From Verrucomicrobiia bacterium (lineage in GTDB: Bacteria; Verrucomicrobiota; Verrucomicrobiia; Limisphaerales; UBA11358), in assembly GCA_030044395.1 (NCBI GenBank), contig JASHVW010000447.1, positions 1-30,257 on the forward strand: 30,257 nucleotides of DNA. The letters are read 5' to 3'. Every line of letters starts with the position of its first letter. Position 1 is the first letter of the stretch. Positions 9,544-18,039 of this stretch are shown piece after piece. The notes beneath the pieces are model-generated. The model was not told where the DNA came from, did not search any database, and saw only the letters and a program-made list of their open reading frames with translations. Made by a program: the position numbers and the translations under genes.

Positions 9544-11625
9544 ATGCGCGTGTTGACTGACAGAGAAATCAGGGTTCAGCCGGCGCAATTGGACGCATCG
9601 GCCCGATGGGAGACTGATTTGGAAAAGCACGTGGGCGGGGCCATTTTGCGCTCGCAAGAATTTCTGCTGGGCGAGCAAAAGCCGGAGGGCTACTGGAACG
9701 GCGAGTTGATGGTGGATTCCACGCTCGTCTCGGACATGGTCTTGTATCATCATTGGGACCGCAGCGTGGACAAGGACTGGCAGCGCAAGGCGGTCGCCCA
9801 CATTTTCTCGATGCAATTGCCCGACGGCGGCTGGAATATTTATTACGGCGGCCCGTCGGAAATAAACGCCACCATCAAGGCCTACCTTGCCCTCAAACTT
9901 GCCGGCGTGCGCGTGACGGACCCGCGGATGTTGCGGGCGCGGCAGTTGGCCTTGAGCCTCGGCGGCGTGCCGCGCATGAACACGTTCTCCAAATTATATC
10001 TCGCGTTGCTCGGCCTTTTCTCGTGGGAATACGTGCCGACGATCCCCTGCGAAGTCCTCCTGCTGGGCAAATGGTTCCACGTTAATTTCTGGGACATGAG
10101 CAATTGGTCGCGGGGAATGCTCGTGCCGCTGGCGATTATCAACCATTTCAAGCCCACCCGCCCCGTGCCGGTGAACCTGGACGAATTGTATCCAGAGGGC
10201 GTCAACGAACGCGAATTGGCGCTGGCGCCCGACCCGGAAAAAATTTCGTGGCGGAATTTTTTCCTCTGGCTCGATCGCCTGCACAAATTTGCCGAATGGT
10301 TCGCCGAACATAAAATCCATCCCTTCCGCAAAATGGCGCTAAAGAAATGCGAGCGATGGATGCTTGAACGGTTCGAAGGCGCCGATGGCCTGGCTGCGAT
10401 TTTTCCGGCGATGCTCAATTCCGTCATCGCGCTCAAGGCGCTCGGTTATCCGGAGGACCATCCAGTTTTGAAACGCGAGTGGAATGAACTCAAACGCCTT
10501 CAGCATGTGAACAAGGATTCGCTCCGCATCGAACCTTGTTTCTCGCCGGTTTGGGACACCGCCATCGTCGCCATTTGCCTGCACGAATCCGGCATTTCGG
10601 AAAATCATCCCGCGATGAAAAAATGCGCCGAATGGCTGATGGACCGGGAAATCCGTTTTGCCGGCGATTGGATTCACAAAAATCCCGCCAACGTAGAGCC
10701 GAGCGGCTGGGTCTTTGAATTCAATAACAAATGGAACCCGGATGTGGACGACACGGCGATGGTGTTGCTGGCGTTGCGGAAAATTCCCACCGACAATCGC
10801 CAAAGGCGCGACGAATGTTTCCAGCGCGGCCTGAAATGGATGATGTCGTTCCAATGCAAGGACGGCGGCTGGGCGGCCTTCGACAAGGATTGCACGAAGA
10901 ACCTCCTGGAAAAGGTGCCCTTCGCCGACCATAATGCCATGCTCGATCCCGAATGCGCCGACATTACCGCGCGTATTCTCGAATTGGTTGGGTACGAGAA
11001 TTGGGACGCCAAAAATTCGCAAATCCGGCGTGCGATTGAATTCGTCCGCGAGCACCAGGAGCCGGACGGTTCATGGTACGGCCGTTGGGGAGTTAATTAC
11101 ATTTACGGTACCTGGCAGACTTTGCGCGGCCTGCGCGCCATGAATTGGAATATGGACGAGGAATGGCTGCAACGCGCCCGCTTCTGGCTCGAGAGCGTTC
11201 AATTGGACGATGGTGGCTGGGGGGAACGCTGCAATACGTATGACGACCCGATTTACAAAGGACAGGGACCCAGCACTGCCTCGCAAACCGCCTGGGCCGT
11301 CATGGGCCTTTGCGCCTTCGATGATCCGGAGAATCCAGCCCTCAAACGCGGCGTCGAATACCTTATCCGCACGCAAAATCCGGACGGCTCATGGACGGAG
11401 CACGAAACCACCGGCACGGGATTTCCCAAGGTCTTTTATCTGAAGTACGATATTTACCGCAATGCCTGGCCGCTGCTGGCCCTGGCCACCTACAAAAAGA
11501 TCTGCGCCGCAAAGAGGACACAGATGGACGGGCATGAGCACCCGTCAATGAGCGGGGTGGAGAAGGTGCTGGAGAGGCCGGGGCGGCGCGATGGCGCCGG
11601 TGTTGCCGGAATGACCAATGCCTAA
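9544..11625 (+). CDS. shc: Squalene-hopene cyclase
   Basis: Catalytic DVDDTA motif and five QW repeats (QLPDGGW, QCKDGGW, QEPDGSW, QLDDGGW, QNPDGSW), plus GTGFPKVFYLKY. Start set at ATG 9544; the track's 9142 start overlaps the WXG100 gene. Confidence 0.96.
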   Translation: MRVLTDREIRVQPAQLDASARWETDLEKHVGGAILRSQEFLLGEQKPEGYWNGELMVDSTLVSDMVLYHHWDRSVDKDWQRKAVAHIFSMQLPDGGWNIYYGGPSEINATIKAYLALKLAGVRVTDPRMLRARQLALSLGGVPRMNTFSKLYLALLGLFSWEYVPTIPCEVLLLGKWFHVNFWDMSNWSRGMLVPLAIINHFKPTRPVPVNLDELYPEGVNERELALAPDPEKISWRNFFLWLDRLHKFAEWFAEHKIHPFRKMALKKCERWMLERFEGADGLAAIFPAMLNSVIALKALGYPEDHPVLKREWNELKRLQHVNKDSLRIEPCFSPVWDTAIVAICLHESGISENHPAMKKCAEWLMDREIRFAGDWIHKNPANVEPSGWVFEFNNKWNPDVDDTAMVLLALRKIPTDNRQRRDECFQRGLKWMMSFQCKDGGWAAFDKDCTKNLLEKVPFADHNAMLDPECADITARILELVGYENWDAKNSQIRRAIEFVREHQEPDGSWYGRWGVNYIYGTWQTLRGLRAMNWNMDEEWLQRARFWLESVQLDDGGWGERCNTYDDPIYKGQGPSTASQTAWAVMGLCAFDDPENPALKRGVEYLIRTQNPDGSWTEHETTGTGFPKVFYLKYDIYRNAWPLLALATYKKICAAKRTQMDGHEHPSMSGVEKVLERPGRRDGAGVAGMTNA

Positions 11626-11687
11626 GCCCCAATGACCAGCCTCGCCAATGCCTCCATTAGTCTTTAGCCATTGATTTCGGTACTCTT

Positions 11688-12119
11688 ATGATCGAGGAAT
11701 ATGATGATGCGATGTTCGATTTCAGCCGCGGTGAATTTGACAGCGCGATTGTGAAGTTGAAAAGCGTCCTCGCGCAATCGCCGGAACATTTCGACGCGCA
11801 ATTGGCCTTGGGAATGGCGTATTATCGCAAGGGCGATTATGCGTCCGCGATTGCCGAGGGCCTCAAGGCGGAGAAATTGCGGCCGCAAGAGCAATTGGCG
11901 CATACGAATCTCTCGCTCTTTTACATGAAGGCGGGGGACAAGGCGAAGGCGGAACATCACGGGTTGCAGGCAAAAATTGAATCGTGGCGCGAAGACGCAA
12001 AAAAAGCTCCCGCCGCGGCGCAGGATTCCGAACTGCAAATGGCCAAACAAGCGCCGCAACCGGTGAAATTTCCAAGTCAACCATGGAAAAAGAAAAGAAC
12101 GGACGGATCAACAAATTAA
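11688..12119 (+). CDS. Tetratricopeptide-repeat protein
   Basis: TPR-like segments FDAQLALGMAYYRKGDYASAIAEGLKA and QLAHTNLSLFYMKAGDKAKAE. Confidence 0.8.
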   Translation: MIEEYDDAMFDFSRGEFDSAIVKLKSVLAQSPEHFDAQLALGMAYYRKGDYASAIAEGLKAEKLRPQEQLAHTNLSLFYMKAGDKAKAEHHGLQAKIESWREDAKKAPAAAQDSELQMAKQAPQPVKFPSQPWKKKRTDGSTN

Positions 12120-12123
12120 ATTA

Positions 12124-12399
12124 ATGAAAACAGCTTACGAATTGGCGATGGAGCGTCTGAACAAAACGGCGCCCGGCACAAAACTGTCCGATGCGCAGAA
12201 AAAGGAATTGGCGGGATTGGATTCCAAATATGCCGCGAAGGTCGCCGAGCGGGAAATCGCGTTGAATGCTGAAATCGCCAAATCCGCCGATGATTTTGAA
12301 AAGGAGCATGGACTGCGCGAACAATTGATTTCCGAACGCAGAAAGCTGCAGGCCGAGCTGGAGGAGAAAAAGGAACAGGTGCGAAAAGGCGGGAAATAA
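12124..12399 (+). CDS. Small charged helical protein, function unknown
   Basis: 91 aa (MKTAYELAMERL...), 4 nt after the TPR gene, with typical codon usage. Confidence 0.75.
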   Translation: MKTAYELAMERLNKTAPGTKLSDAQKKELAGLDSKYAAKVAEREIALNAEIAKSADDFEKEHGLREQLISERRKLQAELEEKKEQVRKGGK

Positions 12400-12491
12400 T
12401 TTCCGAAGATGACGGAAAGTGGCAATGGATGATTGATCTTCCGGAATTTCGAATGGATTCCATCGGCAATCGCCAATCATCAGTTGCTTCC

Positions 12492-13562
12492 TCAGTTCTT
12501 CTGCTCTTGCCGGATCAATTCTTCCGGCGTCACCACCACGTCCAGTTTCTCCGTGTGCCGGATGACGGTGACCAATGAGGGAACCCCAATGACCCTGGCA
12601 ACCAGATGCCGATGCAATTCGTCAATGCTGGACACTGCTTCACCGCCAAAGGCGACAATGACGTCGCCTTCGCGCAAACCGCCGCGGCCCGCGGGACTGC
12701 CGGCTTCAACCCCCGCGACGAGCACTCCCTGCTCGGCCAACAACCGATGGAACCGCACCACCCGCCGGTGAATGGGAACGTTCTGGCCGATGACCCCAAT
12801 CCAGCTGCGCCGGATCCGGCCATCCTTGATCAGCCATGCCGTAACGAATTCAGCCGTGTTACTGGCGATGGCAAAGCATATCCCTTGCGCAGGCAAAATA
12901 ATGGCCGTGTTCACGCCAATGACATCGCCTCGCGAATTCACCAGCGGACCGCCGGAGTTGCCTGGATTCAGCGCCGCATCGGTCTGGATGACGTTGTCAA
13001 TCAGCCGGCCGGATTGTGAGCGCATGGACCGGCCCAGGGCGCTGACCACCCCCGCCGTCACCGTGTGCTGAAATCCGAATGGACTGCCGATCGCCACCGC
13101 GATCTGTCCGACGCGGACCGAGTTTGAATCGCCCAGATGCGCATGGGCCAATTGCGATGCAAAGATGCGAATCACAGCCAAATCTGTTTCCGGATCTTCG
13201 CCAACCAGGCTGGCGCCATACACCTGACCATCCGCCAGCGTCACCTCCAGCTTGACCGCGCCATGAACGACGTGGCTGTTTGTTAGAATAAAACCGTCCG
13301 GCGCGATAACAAAACCCGAGCCGCTGCCGCCGGATTCCGCCCCCGGCCGATTTTCTGGGTTTGTTTTTCGCACGCGGATATTGACCACCGCGGCGCCGAC
13401 TTTCTCGACCACGCGAGTCACCGTCCTGGAATAGCTGTCCAGCAATTCGTCATCATTTGACTGCGGCTGAATTGGGATGCCGGTGGCAACTCCATCGGTC
13501 TGGCTGAACGAGCGGATCCACTCCGCCGTCCCCCGCCCCTGGAATGTATTTGGAATCTTCAT
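12492..13562 (-). CDS. HtrA/DegP-like trypsin serine protease with one PDZ domain
   Basis: Catalytic triad motifs TNSHV, TDLAV and GNSGGP, plus GSGSGF and a C-terminal PDZ (GSPAGRGGLREGDVIVAF). Start set at ATG 13562; the track start overlaps trxA. Confidence 0.9.
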   Translation of the reverse strand: MKIPNTFQGRGTAEWIRSFSQTDGVATGIPIQPQSNDDELLDSYSRTVTRVVEKVGAAVVNIRVRKTNPENRPGAESGGSGSGFVIAPDGFILTNSHVVHGAVKLEVTLADGQVYGASLVGEDPETDLAVIRIFASQLAHAHLGDSNSVRVGQIAVAIGSPFGFQHTVTAGVVSALGRSMRSQSGRLIDNVIQTDAALNPGNSGGPLVNSRGDVIGVNTAIILPAQGICFAIASNTAEFVTAWLIKDGRIRRSWIGVIGQNVPIHRRVVRFHRLLAEQGVLVAGVEAGSPAGRGGLREGDVIVAFGGEAVSSIDELHRHLVARVIGVPSLVTVIRHTEKLDVVVTPEELIRQEQKN

Positions 13563-13581
13563 TGGGTCTCTGTTTGGCGGT

Positions 13582-13911
13582 TCATGCCGGCGCGGCGAGT
13601 TTCTCCAATTTGGAGACGATTTGCCGTTTGCCGATGGCACCGACCGTTTTGTCTTTTAATTCGCCACGCAAAAAATAGAGCAGCGTCGGAATGGATTGAA
13701 TTCCAAAACGTGCCGCCAACGCTGGTTGCTTGTCCACGTTCACCTTGGCGACTTTCACACCGGCTTGTTCGCCGGCGATTTCATCGAGCAATGGCGCGAG
13801 CATTTTGCACGGACCGCACCAATCAGCCCAAAAATCCACCAACACCGGTTGGGGCGATTGCAGAACCTCACTCTCAAGGTTCGCCTCATTGATTTCAATG
13901 GTTTGTTTCAT
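13582..13911 (-). CDS. trxA: Thioredoxin
   Basis: [16 protein letters not shown] active site and the cis-Pro motif GIQSIPT. Start MKQTIE at 13911. Confidence 0.93.
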   Translation of the reverse strand: MKQTIEINEANLESEVLQSPQPVLVDFWADWCGPCKMLAPLLDEIAGEQAGVKVAKVNVDKQPALAARFGIQSIPTLLYFLRGELKDKTVGAIGKRQIVSKLEKLAAPA

Positions 13912-13935
13912 AGTCTGGGATTGTATTTTATTAAT

Positions 13936-13954
13936 TGTTACTTTATAAGTAACA
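13936..13954. promoter_or_regulatory. Perfect 8-3-8 palindrome TGTTACTT-TAT-AAGTAACA, candidate Rrf2 operator upstream of trxA
   Basis: Directly visible in an AT-rich intergenic gap. A TTGACT -35-like hexamer lies upstream on the minus strand (13968-13973), and a related site occurs at 14405-14423. Confidence 0.7.
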
Positions 13955-13977
13955 TTCAAAGGCAAAAAGTCAAGTTT

Positions 13978-14400
13978 TTATCTTTTCTTCAAAACGGAAA
14001 CGATTTGCGCCAGGCTTGTCTCTGCCAGGCTTTTCTCCATTGCCTTTTGTGTCTTATCCAATGCCTTTTCCAACGCTGCCTTGATGTGGCAGCTCACCAG
14101 ACATGACTTTTGTTTGTCATAGCAATGGATGGAGATCGCCCTGGGCGCACCCACGGCCCTGTAAATATCCAGCAACGAGATGTCCCTTGCCTCTTTGGCG
14201 AGCCAACACGCCCCAGCCTTGCCGGTCGCCGTCTCGGCCAGCCCTGCCCTGGACAATTTGGCCAAAATGCGCCGCACAAAGCTCGGACTGGTGTTCACAC
14301 TTTCCGCCAAATGGCCGGACGTGACACCACCCTGATCACATCCGCAGGCCAGCACGGCCAGAATGTGAACGGCAATCGAGAACTGTATGTTAACCGCCAC
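13978..14400 (-). CDS. Rrf2-family transcriptional regulator (YwnA/HypR-like)
   Basis: FSIAVHILAVL, SVNTSPSFVRRILAKL and DISLLDIYRAV motifs, several Cys including KSCLVSC. GTG start. Confidence 0.9.
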   Translation of the reverse strand: MAVNIQFSIAVHILAVLACGCDQGGVTSGHLAESVNTSPSFVRRILAKLSRAGLAETATGKAGACWLAKEARDISLLDIYRAVGAPRAISIHCYDKQKSCLVSCHIKAALEKALDKTQKAMEKSLAETSLAQIVSVLKKR

Positions 14401-14404
14401 TAAC

Positions 14405-14440
14405 TGTTACTATAATAATTACAATATTGGTTTGGCGCAA
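14405..14440 (-). promoter_or_regulatory. Sigma70-like promoter of the Rrf2 gene overlapped by an imperfect operator palindrome
   Basis: On the minus strand, TTGCGC (14435-14440), 17 bp, TATTAT (14412-14417). The palindrome TGTTACTA-TAA-TAATTACA at 14405-14423 covers the -10 and the predicted start site. Confidence 0.65.
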
Positions 14441-14560
14441 GTGAATTTTTCCAAAGGCCCATGCCCTCCGATCTTACTCGGGCAACGCAAGCGAGCCGTC
14501 GCTCGTTTCTTGCTTCGGGGGCGTAAATGGATAAAACTTGGCTGAACCTTGATGGCCTCG

Positions 14561-15433
14561 ATGAACGTCCATCACCTCGAACTTTATTATTACGTCGCCA
14601 AACACGGCGGCATCATGCCGGCGGTGCGGAACATTCCGTACGGCATCCAGCAGCCCGCGGTGAGTTCCCAGATGGCGCAACTGGAGGAATTTGTCGGTGC
14701 GACGTTGTTTCAGCGGCGGCCGTTCGAGTTGACAGAGAAAGGGGAAAAGCTTTTTCAATTCATCCAGCCGTTTTTTTCGAATCTCGACAAGGTGACCGAC
14801 GAGCTTCAGGGCGGCCAGGCGCGGCATATCCGCGTCGGCGCTTCGACCATCATCCTGCGCGAGCATTTGCCGGAATTGTTTCAAGCGGTGAAAAAGAAGT
14901 TTCCCCGCCTGAAGATGTCCCTGCGTGAGGGTTACCCGGCACAACTCGAAGAATTATTGCTCGAGGACGAGATTGACCTGGCGGTAACCGTGCTGGAAAG
15001 CAAACCGGCCGCGGGCATTCATTCGCTGGCCTTGCTGGAATTGCCCCTGGTCTTGTTGGTCGGGAAGGCCAGCGAAATAAAATCGGCGGAGGAGCTATGG
15101 CGGCGGGACAAAATTGATGAGACCTTGATTTGCCTGCCGCAAAGCGAGGCGATTTGCAGGCATTTTCAGAGAAAACTGGGCGAGCTGGGCGTGGATTGGT
15201 TCCCCGGCATCGAAGCCAGCTCATCCGATTTGATTGAAGCTTATGTCTCCGCCGGTCTGGGCATCGGGATGTCCCCTGCCGTTCCCGGCAAACCACTTCC
15301 GTCGAATGTAAAGGCATTGCCATTGAACGGCTTCGCCAGGGTCGTTATTGGCGCCCTATGGCACGGGCGCAAAACGCCCTTGATTGAATTATTTTTGGCT
15401 GAAGGACAAAAGCGGGCGAAACGTTTCGTCTGA
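14561..15433 (+). CDS. LysR-family transcriptional regulator
   Basis: N-terminal HTH ...QQPAVSSQMAQLEEFVGATLFQR and a substrate-binding domain with EIDLAV. Divergent from the Rrf2 gene. Confidence 0.92.
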   Translation: MNVHHLELYYYVAKHGGIMPAVRNIPYGIQQPAVSSQMAQLEEFVGATLFQRRPFELTEKGEKLFQFIQPFFSNLDKVTDELQGGQARHIRVGASTIILREHLPELFQAVKKKFPRLKMSLREGYPAQLEELLLEDEIDLAVTVLESKPAAGIHSLALLELPLVLLVGKASEIKSAEELWRRDKIDETLICLPQSEAICRHFQRKLGELGVDWFPGIEASSSDLIEAYVSAGLGIGMSPAVPGKPLPSNVKALPLNGFARVVIGALWHGRKTPLIELFLAEGQKRAKRFV

Positions 15434-15787
15434 CTAGGAATCCTTCCTTCCACTTTCAATGTGGAATTTGTGCAGGGCGCGATGTGCCATTGGCGCGATC
15501 ATAATGCCCGCGGCGGAAATGAAGACCAACCCGCTGAATAGCGCGTAACAACCCGCGAAAATCTTCCCGGCATCCGTATTCAATTGCCCGACCGGTCCCA
15601 TGCCGGAAAGAATCATCGCCGCATTCACGAAGGCATCCACCCAGTTCATGTTTTCAAAACAATGATAGCCCGCCATCCCGATGCCCAGCGCAACAGCCAA
15701 TAAACCGGCGCTGACGAGGAAAAAGTTTCTGACGCGCCGGTAAAACAACTTGCGCGGCAACAGAGGGCTGGTGCGATGCTCGAACAC
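15434..15787 (-). CDS. Small two-TM membrane protein with potassium-channel-like pore fold
   Basis: TM - WVDAFVNAAMILSGMGP - TM layout with TDAGKIFA, matching the KcsA/Ion_trans_2 pattern. The TVGYG filter is absent. Confidence 0.6.
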   Translation of the reverse strand: MFEHRTSPLLPRKLFYRRVRNFFLVSAGLLAVALGIGMAGYHCFENMNWVDAFVNAAMILSGMGPVGQLNTDAGKIFAGCYALFSGLVFISAAGIMIAPMAHRALHKFHIESGRKDS

Positions 15788-15845
15788 AACGACAGGGTCG
15801 CCATCGGCCTCAATTTTTTCAAGCTTCCAATGACCACTCTTGAGA

Positions 15846-15874
15846 TTGCTTTATTTCGCCCCGTTTGTGATAAT
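15846..15874 (+). promoter_or_regulatory. Sigma70-like promoter of the ABC exporter operon
   Basis: TTGCTT, 17 bp, GATAAT with a TG extension, 30 nt before ATG 15905. Confidence 0.5.
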
Positions 15875-15904
15875 TCACTGACAGAAAAAAAGACAAATCG
15901 GATT

Positions 15905-17308
15905 ATGGAAACCCCACCGGTCCTTTCCAAGCCGCGGCCCAAAAAGCGGAACAAACTGATTATTCTCGCCATCATCCTTCTGGCGGCGGTGTTCATCGCC
16001 CTGGTGGTGATTTTCCGCCATCAAACGCCTCCGATTATCGTGCAGACCGAAAAGGTTGCCCGGAGGAACATAACGGAAACGGTCGTGGCCAACGGGAAGA
16101 TTTATCCGGTTGTCGAGGTCCATATTAGTCCCGAGGTGTCTGGAGAAATCATTGCGTTGCCGGTCAAGGAGGGCCAGCACGTCAAAAAGGGCGATTTGCT
16201 GGTGAAGATCAACCCGGACGTCTATGTGGCCGCGCTTAATCAGGCGCAAGCCAGTTACGAATCGCAGCTCGCCGCCGAAGCGCAGGCGGCGGCCAACCTG
16301 GAAAAGGCCGACGAGGATTATGAGCGTAACCTGGCATTGTTCACCAACAAGCTGCTCTCCGCATCGGATTTCATCGGCTTCAAGGCGGCGCGTGACGTGG
16401 CGTACGCACAACTTCAAAGCGCGACCAACCAGGTGGACATGGCCAAAGCCGCCGTGGACAGCGCGCAGGACTCGTTGAATAAAACCACAATCGTGTCGCC
16501 GCTCGATGGCACGGTGACCACCTTGAATTCACAGCTCGGCGAGCGCGTCCTGGGCACGGTGGAAAATACCGGGACGGAGATCATGACCATTTCCGATTTG
16601 AGCGAAATGGAAGCGCGGGTGGACGTGGGTGAAATGGACGTGGTGCTCATCCAGCCGGGACAAAAGGCGACGCTGGACGTGGATTCCTTCCAGGACAAAA
16701 AATTTTCCGGCATCGTCACCGACGTCGGCAGTTCCGCGGAAGGGCTGGACACCGGCGCTGCCACGACCGCCGATCTATCCTCGTCCTCGTCGTCCAGTTC
16801 GCAGACTGCCACGCAATTCCAAGTGCGCATTCACGTGAACGAAAGCGAGCAGTTTCGTCCGGGAATGTCCGTGACGGCGGAAATTCAAACACGTTCGCGC
16901 ACCAACGCGCTGGCGGTGCCCATCGCCAGCGTGACCACGCGGGTGCTCAAGGCAAAACCAAAACTGAACGTCACCCGCGCCGGAACGAATTCCCTTTCAA
17001 CCAATGCCCTGGCTTCCGCCGATGGCCCGGCGAACTCTGCCGACGGCAAAACCAATTCTCCCGATGGAAAGAAGACGGCCGAGCTTCAAAAACCGGTGGA
17101 CGTGGTGTTTGTCGTCGAGGGGAACCACGTAAAAGCGGTGCCCGTGAAGATTGGCATCAGCGACGATAACTATTGGGAAATCACCGATGGTTTAAAGGCG
17201 GGTGATGAAATTGTCGTGGGTGGTTATCATGCGATCAGCCGCGACCTGGATGACGGCAAGAAAATCGTCAAAGGCCCCGCGGTGGCAACCCCGGAAACGT
17301 CGCCGTGA
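15905..17308 (+). CDS. Efflux periplasmic adaptor (MacA/HlyD-like membrane fusion protein)
   Basis: N-terminal TM anchor, lipoyl-like motifs ([21 protein letters not shown]; [11 protein letters not shown]), helical hairpin and FRPGMSV. Start METPPVL at 15905. Confidence 0.9.
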   Translation: METPPVLSKPRPKKRNKLIILAIILLAAVFIALVVIFRHQTPPIIVQTEKVARRNITETVVANGKIYPVVEVHISPEVSGEIIALPVKEGQHVKKGDLLVKINPDVYVAALNQAQASYESQLAAEAQAAANLEKADEDYERNLALFTNKLLSASDFIGFKAARDVAYAQLQSATNQVDMAKAAVDSAQDSLNKTTIVSPLDGTVTTLNSQLGERVLGTVENTGTEIMTISDLSEMEARVDVGEMDVVLIQPGQKATLDVDSFQDKKFSGIVTDVGSSAEGLDTGAATTADLSSSSSSSSQTATQFQVRIHVNESEQFRPGMSVTAEIQTRSRTNALAVPIASVTTRVLKAKPKLNVTRAGTNSLSTNALASADGPANSADGKTNSPDGKKTAELQKPVDVVFVVEGNHVKAVPVKIGISDDNYWEITDGLKAGDEIVVGGYHAISRDLDDGKKIVKGPAVATPETSP

Positions 17309-18030
17309 GCCTGATCCGCCTCGACAAAATTTCGCGCCGCTACCAGATGGGAATGGAAACCGTTCATGCTTTGCGCGAGGTTTCGCTCGAAATCCAGCGC
17401 GGCGAATATGTCGCGATCATGGGGCCGAGCGGCTCCGGGAAATCCACGATGATGAACCTCGTCGGTTGCCTGGATACGCCCACCTCCGGCAGCTACCAGC
17501 TTAATGGCAAACATGTCAGCGACATGAACGACAACCAACTCGCGGAAATCCGCAACCGGGAGATTGGTTTTGTTTTCCAAACGTTCAATCTGTTGCCGCG
17601 CTCCGACGCGCTGCGCAACGTGGAACTGCCGCTGATTTACGCGGCGGTTCCCTATGAGGAGCGGCGGAGAACCGCGCTGGAAGCGTTGAAAAATGTCGGG
17701 CTGGCAGACCGCATTCATCACAAGCCGAACGAATTGTCGGGTGGCCAGCGGCAGCGCGTGGCAGTGGCCCGCGCCCTCGTCAACAAACCATCCCTCATTC
17801 TGGCGGACGAGCCGACGGGCAACCTGGACTCGAAAACCGGCGCGGAAATTCTAGCCTTGTTCGCGCAACTGTCCGCCCAGGGCAATACGATTGTCGTGGT
17901 CACCCACGAAGAGGATGTGGCGCGACACGCCCGCAGAATCATCCGCCTGCGCGACGGCCTGATTGCAGCGGATGAGAGAGTGGACGGCTCCAACCCGTTG
18001 CCATCTCTCCAACCATCCCATCATCCATAA
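17305..18030 (+). CDS. ABC transporter ATP-binding protein (MacB/LolD type)
   Basis: Walker A GPSGSGKS, signature LSGGQRQR, Walker [12 protein letters not shown] and H-loop VTH. The GTG start overlaps the upstream stop. Confidence 0.95.
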   Translation: MSLIRLDKISRRYQMGMETVHALREVSLEIQRGEYVAIMGPSGSGKSTMMNLVGCLDTPTSGSYQLNGKHVSDMNDNQLAEIRNREIGFVFQTFNLLPRSDALRNVELPLIYAAVPYEERRRTALEALKNVGLADRIHHKPNELSGGQRQRVAVARALVNKPSLILADEPTGNLDSKTGAEILALFAQLSAQGNTIVVVTHEEDVARHARRIIRLRDGLIAADERVDGSNPLPSLQPSHHP

Positions 18031-18039
18031 ATTCATCCG

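Noticed and set aside
11605-11670. Short CCAATG direct repeats after shc, and similar AATC-type repeats near 12470
   Set aside because: Too short and irregular for a CRISPR or tandem array, with no constant-length spacers and no cas genes.
14463-14522. GC-rich hairpin between the Rrf2 and LysR genes
   Set aside because: It can fold, but there is no U-tract, second copy or recognisable motif, so no function can be assigned.
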